From NCBI GenBank assembly GCA_963768735.1, contig CAVYJH010000014.1, positions 22,233 through 86,232 on the forward strand: a stretch of 64,000 bases of DNA. The letters run 5' to 3'. This stretch comes from an uncultured delta proteobacterium. Lineage in GTDB: Bacteria; Desulfobacterota; Syntrophorhabdia; Syntrophorhabdales; WCHB1-27. Within the stretch, counting starts at the first letter, position 1, and each line of letters starts with the position of its first letter. Below are positions 57,387 through 64,000 of this stretch, in pieces. Position numbers and translations under genes: made by a program. Below the pieces are notes generated by a model. It did no database searches. It was not told where the DNA came from and saw only the letters and a list, made by a program, of their open reading frames with translations.

Positions 57387-59022
57387 TCAGACCTCACAGT
57401 GGATGTCGGCGAGCTCTTGTGAGAAAGTGGCGTAATTGACGGAATAGTCGATGGGGCATTCCACCACGGCCGGCCGTTTGAGTGCGAAGACCTCGCGGAG
57501 GACCTCCGAGAGGTCGTCCCCATCCCGGACACGGAAACCCGCTGCGCCGAAGCTCTCGGCGAACCTGGAGAAGTCGGGGTTCCCGTAATCGAGGGCGAAG
57601 TTGGTGAATCCCTTGGCCTGTTGTTCCCACTTGACGAACCCGAAGGCGTTGTCGTTCAGGATGAGGGCGACCACGGGAATGTCGCAGCGGACCGCCGTCT
57701 CCAGCTCCTGGGCGTTCATCATGAACCCCCCGTCTCCCACGACGGCGAGGACCTTCCTGCCGGGGTTGAGCATCTTCGCCGTCATGGCCGACGCCAGCCC
57801 CGCGCCCATGCTCGCCAGGGCGTTGTCGACCAGAAAGGTATTGGACTTATAGGTCTTGTAGAGGCGAGAGAACCAGAGCTTGTAAATGCCGTTGTCGAGC
57901 GTCACGATATCGTCCGGGGCAAGGACGTTCCGAACATGCCGGACCACCTCCTGGGGCGTGGGCGGGAATTTCGGCTCGAAGGCCCGGTCGAGCTTTTCGT
58001 TCAGGAAGGCCCGTATGGCGGGGAATACCTCGTCGTTCCTGCCCGGCGCGATCAGGGGGCCGAGGAGGCGCAGGGCCAGGGAGACGTCGCCTAGGACCTC
58101 CAGAGCGGGGTTGTAGTACTTGTCCAGCTCCGCTTCGGTGAAATCGATGTGCACGATCTTCTTGTCCAGGTTCCTGTTCCACACGTACGGCGGATACTCC
58201 ATGATGGTGTAGCCGATCGTGATGACGAGGTCCGCCCGGTCGAGGCCGCAGTTCACGTAATCGCGTCGGTGTATGCCCGCCGCGTACAGGCTGTATTCCG
58301 ACGCATCGGAGACCACCCCCTTGCCCATCTGGGTATGGACGGCGTGAAGCCGCGTCTTTTCGATGAAGGAGGCCAGCTCTTCCGCGATCAGGCTCCGGTT
58401 CGCGCCACCGGAGACGAGGATGAGCGGACGGCGCGCGCCGTTGATCAGCTCGGCGGCCGCTGCCACGGCCTTGGCGTCCGGGGCCGGACGGCGGACGGCG
58501 CCCCGCGCCTGGATGGGCGCATCGGTGACGCTCTCGGCCACGTCTTCGGGCACCTCGATGTGCACCGCCCCCGGCCGCTCGGCCTGGGCCAGCTTGAACG
58601 CGTTGCGCACCACCGTGGGGAGCGTGCTCGGGTCGGTGATGGGGAAGGACTTCTTGGTGATCGGTGCCATGAGTTTCACGACGTCGACGAGCTGAAAGCG
58701 CGCCTGCCAGTTGTCCCGGAGGGCCTTCTGCCCCGTGATGGCCACGAGGGGGGCGCCGATGAGCTGTGCCTGGGCTATGCCGGTGATCAGGTTTGTCGCG
58801 CCGGGGCCGAGGGTCGAAAAGCAGACCCCTGCTTTCTTGGTCAACCGCCCGTACGTGGCGGCCTGGAAGGCGGCCGCCTGTTCATGGCGGGTGATGTGCA
58901 CCGTGATTCGCGAGGTGCGCAGGGACTCGAGAATAGAGAGGATCTCCTCGCCCGGCAGGCCGAAGACGCACTCCACGCCCTCTTCTTCGAGCCTGCCTCA
59001 CGAGCAGGTCCGATGCTTTCAT
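57387..59022 (-). CDS. Thiamine-pyrophosphate enzyme of the acetolactate-synthase large-subunit family, with an apparent 1-nt insertion at 58992/58993
   Basis: The ATG at 59022 gives MKASDLLVRQ. After removing one base it continues LEEEGVECVFGLPGEEILSILESL... into track ORF 57387-58976. TPP motif GDGGFMMNAQELET. Confidence 0.8.
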
Positions 59023-59040
59023 TGTGTGTGCCACGCTTCG

Positions 59041-60402
59041 TTACTCCTTCACGACAACGGTCTTGATGTTCACGAACTCCTTGAGGCCGTAATGCGACAA
59101 CTCCCTGCCGACGCCCGACCTCTTCACGCCGCCGAAAGGCAGCCGGGGATCGGATTTCACCATGTCGTTGATGGCGACGGCCCCCACATCGATCCGCCCG
59201 GCGACCCGCTCCGCCCGTGCCGCGTCCCTGCTCCAGATGGAGGCGCCGAGTCCATACTCCGTGGCGTTCGCGACCCGGACCGCGTCGTCCTCGCCGTCCA
59301 CGACAATGATCGGCGCGATGGGACCGAAGACCTCCTCCGTGAGGACCTTCATGGTCTCCTTTGGACGGAGGACCACGGCGGGGCTGAAGAAGAACCCTTT
59401 CCGGAAGGCATGCGCGCGCTGGAGGATCTCCGCTCCCTTTGTCCGGGCGTCCCGGAGCTGCTCCTGCAGGTTGTCGAGGATCTCCTTTTTGGCGAGGGGA
59501 CCGAGATCGGTGGTCTCATCCATGGGGTCGCCGATTTTCAGCTCCTCGACGCGCGCCACGAAGGCCCTCGTGAACGCGTCGGCCACCCGCGAAAGGACGA
59601 TGAAGCGCTTGGCCGCGATGCAGCTCTGGCCGGTGTTTATCATCCGGGCGACCACGGCGGTCCGGGCCGCCTTGTCGATGTCCGCGTCGTCGAGGACGAT
59701 GAAGGGGTCGGAACCGCCAAGCTCCAGGACGACCTTCTTGATTTTCCTTCCCGCGGCGCCGGCCACCTGCGCCCCGGCCTTGACGCTTCCCGTCAGGGTG
59801 ACGGCGTCCACCTTGTCCTCGTCGAGGAGTGCTAGGGCCTCCGGCGGATCGACGAGCACCGTCCGGAAGACCCCCTCCGGAAAGGCCGCCGCCGTAAAGG
59901 CCGCCTCGATGGCCAAGGCCGTCGCCGGAACTGAGGGCGCATGCTTCAAGAGCACGCAATTCCCCGCGCTCATCGCGGGGATGGCGAACCGAAACACCTG
60001 CCAGAAGGGGAAGTTCCAGGGCATGATGGCCAGCACCACGCCCAGGGGCTCGAAGGCGACATAGCTTTTCTTCGCGTCTGTCACGACCTCCTCGGGCGCA
60101 AGGAAGGGCGCGGCCTTTTCTCCATAGTAATTGCACACCCACGCGCATTTCTCGATCTCGGCCAGAGCCTCCCGGATGGGTTTCCCCATCTCCCTGGTGA
60201 TAAGCTCTGCGTACGTCCGCTTCCTTTCCCGGAGATGATCGCCCATGCGCGTCACGCACGCCGCCCGCTCTTCCACGGGCACGCTCCTCCAGGCCGGGAA
60301 GGCCGTGCGGGACGCCTCGACCACCCGGTCAAGCTCCGCCCTCGTCATGAGGGCATATTCCCCCATCAGCTCCTCGGTATAGGGGTTGATCGACCGCATC
60401 AT
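59041..60402 (-). CDS. NAD(P)-dependent aldehyde dehydrogenase (succinate-semialdehyde-dehydrogenase-like)
   Basis: INPYTEE..., FPFWQV, VVLELGGSDPFIV (catalytic Glu), GQSCIAAKR (catalytic Cys). The start is taken at MMRSINPY. Confidence 0.85.
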   Translation of the reverse strand: MMRSINPYTEELMGEYALMTRAELDRVVEASRTAFPAWRSVPVEERAACVTRMGDHLRERKRTYAELITREMGKPIREALAEIEKCAWVCNYYGEKAAPFLAPEEVVTDAKKSYVAFEPLGVVLAIMPWNFPFWQVFRFAIPAMSAGNCVLLKHAPSVPATALAIEAAFTAAAFPEGVFRTVLVDPPEALALLDEDKVDAVTLTGSVKAGAQVAGAAGRKIKKVVLELGGSDPFIVLDDADIDKAARTAVVARMINTGQSCIAAKRFIVLSRVADAFTRAFVARVEELKIGDPMDETTDLGPLAKKEILDNLQEQLRDARTKGAEILQRAHAFRKGFFFSPAVVLRPKETMKVLTEEVFGPIAPIIVVDGEDDAVRVANATEYGLGASIWSRDAARAERVAGRIDVGAVAINDMVKSDPRLPFGGVKRSGVGRELSHYGLKEFVNIKTVVVKE

Positions 60403-60449
60403 CCCCTTGTCATCCCCATGGGTCCGTGAAGGTCGACTAGTCATTTTCC

Positions 60450-61689
60450 TCATCCTTTCGCCGCGCTCCTTTCTTCCACGGGCTCATAGAGACACCCGGT
60501 CTTCCCGCAGTAGTGGCCGACATACTCCGACAAAGGCCGGTAGAGCGCGGGCTTCTCCTGGGCATCGGCGAACTTCTCCTCGATGATGTGGGCTGTCCAG
60601 CCGGCAATGCGCGCCACCGCAAAGACGGGCGTCATGAAGTCGAGGGGAATGCCCATGAGGTGGTACACGGAGGCGCTGTAGAAATCGACGTTGGGCCTGA
60701 TCGTGGTCTTGCCCCTCGCATTGAGTTCGGCTACTGCGGTCTCCTCGATCTCCGTCGAGAGGCGGCACCAATGATCCTCGCCCAGCTTCTTCCCCAGCCT
60801 GAAGCACATATCCTTCAGGAACCGGGCACGCGGGTCCTGGGTCTTGTATACCGCATGGCCCATACCCATGATCTTCCGTCCGCCGGCAAGTTGATTTCTC
60901 ACCCAGCCGGGAATGTCCTTCTCGTTCCGAAGTTCCTGGAGCATCTTCATGACCAGGGCATTGGCCCCGCCGTGCAGGCTTCCCGAAAGCGCTCCCACGC
61001 CCGCTGCCACGCCGGCATACATATGCGCTCGGGTGGAAACGACCTCGCGGCAGGCAAAGGTGGAGGCATTAAAGGAGTGGTCGGCATGGAGCACCAGGAT
61101 GGTGTCGAGGTCGCGGGCGATCTCCGCATCAGGCTGTCTGCCCGTGAGCTGCCACAGGAAATTCGCCGCCTGGGAGAGGGCGTTGTCCGAGGGCAGAGGC
61201 TCTTTGCCCTCGCGTATCCTTTGCCAGCCGGCCACGACTACAGGCACGCGGCTGATGAGTCGGATGGCCTTGCCAATGTTGGCGGCGCGGGAATCATCGT
61301 CAAGGTCGGGATCCGCCGTGGCCAGGATCGGGATCGCTGTCTGGAGCACGTCCATGGGGTGGGACTGTTTCGGCAGCATCTTAAGCGCATCGAAGACGAA
61401 CCCTGGGACCGGCCGCGCTTCGATGAGACTGTGCGCAAGCTTTTGGAGGCTCCTTTTCCGTCGGCAGCGCATCATGGTGAAGGAGGTAGGCGGTTTCTTC
61501 AAACGTCGAGCTCCGGGCCAGTTCTTCGATCCGATACCCCCGGTAAAGGAGGATGCCGTTTTCGCCATCCACGTGGCTGATCTTGGTGTCCGCCACCGTG
61601 ACGCCCCGCAGGCCGATGTTCTTCAGCCTGACGGCTGCCCCTGTTTTCTTCTCCCCTTCGGACGTTGTTACTTCCGCTGCGCCATCCAT
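60450..61689 (-). CDS. Citrate synthase (citrate/2-methylcitrate synthase family), with an apparent 1-nt insertion at 61448/61449
   Basis: N-terminal piece GLRGVTVADTKISHVDGENGILLYRGYRIEEL. After the shift LQKLAHSLIEAR...LHADHSFNASTF...GALSGSLHGGAN...GMGHAVYKTQDPRA. Deleting one base gives ...LPTEKELQKLAHS... Confidence 0.85.
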
Positions 61690-61691
61690 GG

Positions 61692-63644
61692 TTAGCCTCC
61701 CGCATGCAATGTAGTTTTCACAAAATTCAAGGTCCCGCCCGCCAGGAGGTGTTTTCGCTGGCGCTCCGACACGTCGAGCAGGGTCATGATGGTCCGCCCG
61801 CCGGCTTCGACGGGGATCTCCCTGTCGCCTCGCTCGATTCTTTTTCGCACATCAGAAAAGACAACCTTTGTTCCTTCCCTCATCCGGTCGTAGTCGCCGG
61901 GGTCCTTGAACGTAAGCGGCAGGACGCCGAAGTTGCAGAGATTCGACTTGTGAATGCGGGCGAAACTCTTTACGATCTTGGCGCAGACGCCCAGGTACCG
62001 CGGCGCCAGCGCGGCGTGCTCGCGGCTCGACCCCTGGCCGTAATTCTGACCGCCCACAACCACGACGGCGCCCCTGGCCCGGCAGGCAGCAGCAAAACCG
62101 GCGCGGATCGGCTCGAAGACATGCTCGCTGATGGCCTCGATATTCGAACGGAGCGGCAGCACCTGGTTTCCTGCCGGCATGATTGCATCGGTGGAGATGT
62201 TGTCGCCCACCTGCAGCACTACCTCGGCCGCGAGTCTGTCGGGCAGGGGGGTGAGCTCGGGCAGGGGTTTGATGTTCGGACCGCGCACGACCACGGTGTT
62301 TTTCAGCTCCTCCGAGGGGAAGACGATGGAGCGGTCGTCCGTGAGATACGCTTCAGGGTCCCGGACGCGCGGGAACGTCATCTCCCCTGCCAGGTCGCGG
62401 GGATCGGTGATCACCCCTTTGAGGGCAGAGGCGCAGGCCGTCTCGGGTGAGCATAAATAAATCTTGTCGTCCTTGGTGCCCGAGCGTCCGGGAAAGTTCC
62501 TCGGGAAGGTCCTCAAGGATATCTCGCCTGTCCCGGGGGCCTGGCCCATGCCGATGCAGCCCAGGCAGCCGGGCTCATGCACACGGGCGCCGGCACCGAG
62601 AAGGGCCAGCATCCCGTTTTCCCGGGCGATGTTTTCGAGCACCTGACGGCTGCCGGGGTTCACATGAAAGGAGGTCGCGGGATGGACATGCCTCCCTTCC
62701 AGGATGCGAGCCGAGACCATCAGGTCCCGGAAGGAGGAATTGACGCTGCTGCCCACGATCACCTGGTCTACCCTGGTGCCGGCCACATCGCTCACGGGCA
62801 CGACGTTGCCGGGCGAGGTGGGCTTGGCGATCAACGGCTCGATCTCCCCGAGGTCGAGCGTCAACGCTTCGTCGTACGCCGCGCCCTCGTCCGCGGAAAG
62901 CCCCCGCCACGCTTGGCCTCGGCCCTGGGCCTCAAGGTATTCCCGCGTCCGCTCGTCCGAGGGAAAGAGGCTGCTCGTGGCGCCCAGCTCGGCGCCCATG
63001 TTGCCGATGGTCTCCCGGTCCGTGGCGGAAAGGGTCACTACCCCGGGGCCGTAGTACTCCACGATCTTGCCCACACAGCCCTTGACGTTAAGACGGCGCA
63101 GCATTTCCAGGATGACGTCCTTGGCGCTCACCCAGTCGGAAAGTCTTCCCACGAGCTTGACGCCCAGCACGCGAGGGCAGGAAAGATAGTAGGGAAAGCC
63201 TGCCATGGCCAGGGCCACGTCCAGCCCTCCCGCGCCGATGCCGAGCATCGAGACGCCGGCGGCCCCCGTCGTGTGGCTGTCCGCACCGAGTAGGGTCTTG
63301 CCGGGGATGCCGAAACGCTCCATATGGACCTGATGGGATACGCCGTTGCCCGCCCCGCTGAAGTGCATGCCGTATCGGCCGCATGCGGTTTGGAGGAACT
63401 TGTGATCGTCGGCATTCTTGAAGTCCGTGTGCAGGATGTTGTGGTCCACGTACTGGACCGCCAACTCCGTCTTGACGGCGGGGAGGCCCAGGGCCTCGAA
63501 TTCGAGCATGGCCAGTGTGCCCGTGGCGTCCTGGAGCAGTGTGTGGTCGATCCGCAGGCCGATCTCCCGTCCGGGGGAGAGCTGCCCTTCCACAAGATGG
63601 TCGCTCAGTATCTTCTGGGTAAGGTTCCTCTTCATGGCAGTCAC
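61692..63644 (-). CDS. Aconitate hydratase (compact ~650-aa aconitase-family enzyme)
   Basis: RIDHTLLQDATG, GADSHTTGAG, CLGCIGMG (Fe-S cysteines), and a C-terminal swivel domain with GQNYGQGSSREHAA. Confidence 0.85.
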   Translation of the reverse strand: MTAMKRNLTQKILSDHLVEGQLSPGREIGLRIDHTLLQDATGTLAMLEFEALGLPAVKTELAVQYVDHNILHTDFKNADDHKFLQTACGRYGMHFSGAGNGVSHQVHMERFGIPGKTLLGADSHTTGAAGVSMLGIGAGGLDVALAMAGFPYYLSCPRVLGVKLVGRLSDWVSAKDVILEMLRRLNVKGCVGKIVEYYGPGVVTLSATDRETIGNMGAELGATSSLFPSDERTREYLEAQGRGQAWRGLSADEGAAYDEALTLDLGEIEPLIAKPTSPGNVVPVSDVAGTRVDQVIVGSSVNSSFRDLMVSARILEGRHVHPATSFHVNPGSRQVLENIARENGMLALLGAGARVHEPGCLGCIGMGQAPGTGEISLRTFPRNFPGRSGTKDDKIYLCSPETACASALKGVITDPRDLAGEMTFPRVRDPEAYLTDDRSIVFPSEELKNTVVVRGPNIKPLPELTPLPDRLAAEVVLQVGDNISTDAIMPAGNQVLPLRSNIEAISEHVFEPIRAGFAAACRARGAVVVVGGQNYGQGSSREHAALAPRYLGVCAKIVKSFARIHKSNLCNFGVLPLTFKDPGDYDRMREGTKVVFSDVRKRIERGDREIPVEAGGRTIMTLLDVSERQRKHLLAGGTLNFVKTTLHAGG

Positions 63645-63655
63645 CGAAATACCTC

Positions 63656-64000
63656 TTAGGTGAAAATATGACCGTCGATTTCGGATAAGGAGTTGCAGCC
63701 GGTCATCATCATCGCCTTCTTCAAATCCCGGGAAAGGAATTCCGCCTCAGAGCACACCCCTTCCGCCCCGCCGCCGATGGCGGCCCGAATAAATTCCCGG
63801 CCTACCATCACAAAGTCTGCTCCCAGGGCGAGCATCTTAAGCGCATCGAAACCGGTGCGGATGCCGCCGTCCGCGGTGATGACTACCTTTCCCTTCAGAA
63901 GGGGAACGAGCCGGGGCAGCACGTCGGCAATCCCCAGCATGGAATCGAGGGTGCGGCCGCCGTGGTTGGAAAGGGCGACCACTTTGCAGCCCGTCTGCAA
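63656..64000 (-). CDS. FMN-dependent alpha-hydroxy-acid dehydrogenase-family protein (C-terminal part; gene runs off the window end)
   Basis: VVALSNHGGRTLD...ITADGGIRTGFDALKMLALGADFVMVGR, the motifs of the FMN_dh family. Confidence 0.7.
   Translation of the reverse strand: MQTGCKVVALSNHGGRTLDSMLGIADVLPRLVPLLKGKVVITADGGIRTGFDALKMLALGADFVMVGREFIRAAIGGGAEGVCSEAEFLSRDLKKAMMMTGCNSLSEIDGHIFT

Noticed and set aside
1-64000. Search for tRNA, rRNA, tmRNA, RNase P and CRISPR arrays
   Set aside because: I found no cloverleaf-like GTTCGAATC/T-loop strings, rRNA signatures or spaced direct repeats by eye. A tRNAscan or Infernal run would be needed for a definitive negative.

Overview
High-GC (~60%) 64-kb chromosomal segment from a Gram-negative, probably anaerobic environmental bacterium (LptD/LpxH, rubredoxin, PEP-CTERM proteins). 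The phylum cannot be fixed from the sequence alone. The left third (1-25.6 kb) looks accessory. It holds a truncated CheB/CheR gene, nested IS66-family copies, BrnT/BrnA, an ExeA/GspB-like pair, an ISAs1 element, two sensor kinases and a hem cluster (ccsA-like, hemA, hemC). It also holds four genes for secreted surface proteins (three PEP-CTERM, one HAF-like repeat protein). All four carry the same sigma70-type promoter plus a conserved, covarying 5' leader hairpin, which is the most interesting signal in the window. The middle (25.6-38.3 kb) holds tandemly duplicated czcCBA-type heavy-metal RND efflux operons flanked by paralogous LuxR-type response regulators, each operon preceded by an array of GAAAGATA direct repeats. 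Next comes a cobalamin riboswitch with an intrinsic terminator in front of an OprB-type porin, an unusual CDF transporter, a URO-D-family protein and a CobC-like phosphatase. The right third (43.7-64 kb) is housekeeping: purC, rubredoxin, epmA, engB, lpxH-like, rfbB/C, lptD, folC, accD, a TPP enzyme, aldehyde dehydrogenase, citrate synthase and aconitase. It is interrupted by a small islet with two IS scars, a C45 peptidase and MazEF. At least ten conserved genes are broken by single-base indels. Five of these are a G or C inserted exactly in the centre of (C/G)AG|CT(C/G), which looks like a systematic consensus artefact (possibly modification-related) rather than biology. No rRNA, tRNA or CRISPR array was recognised.
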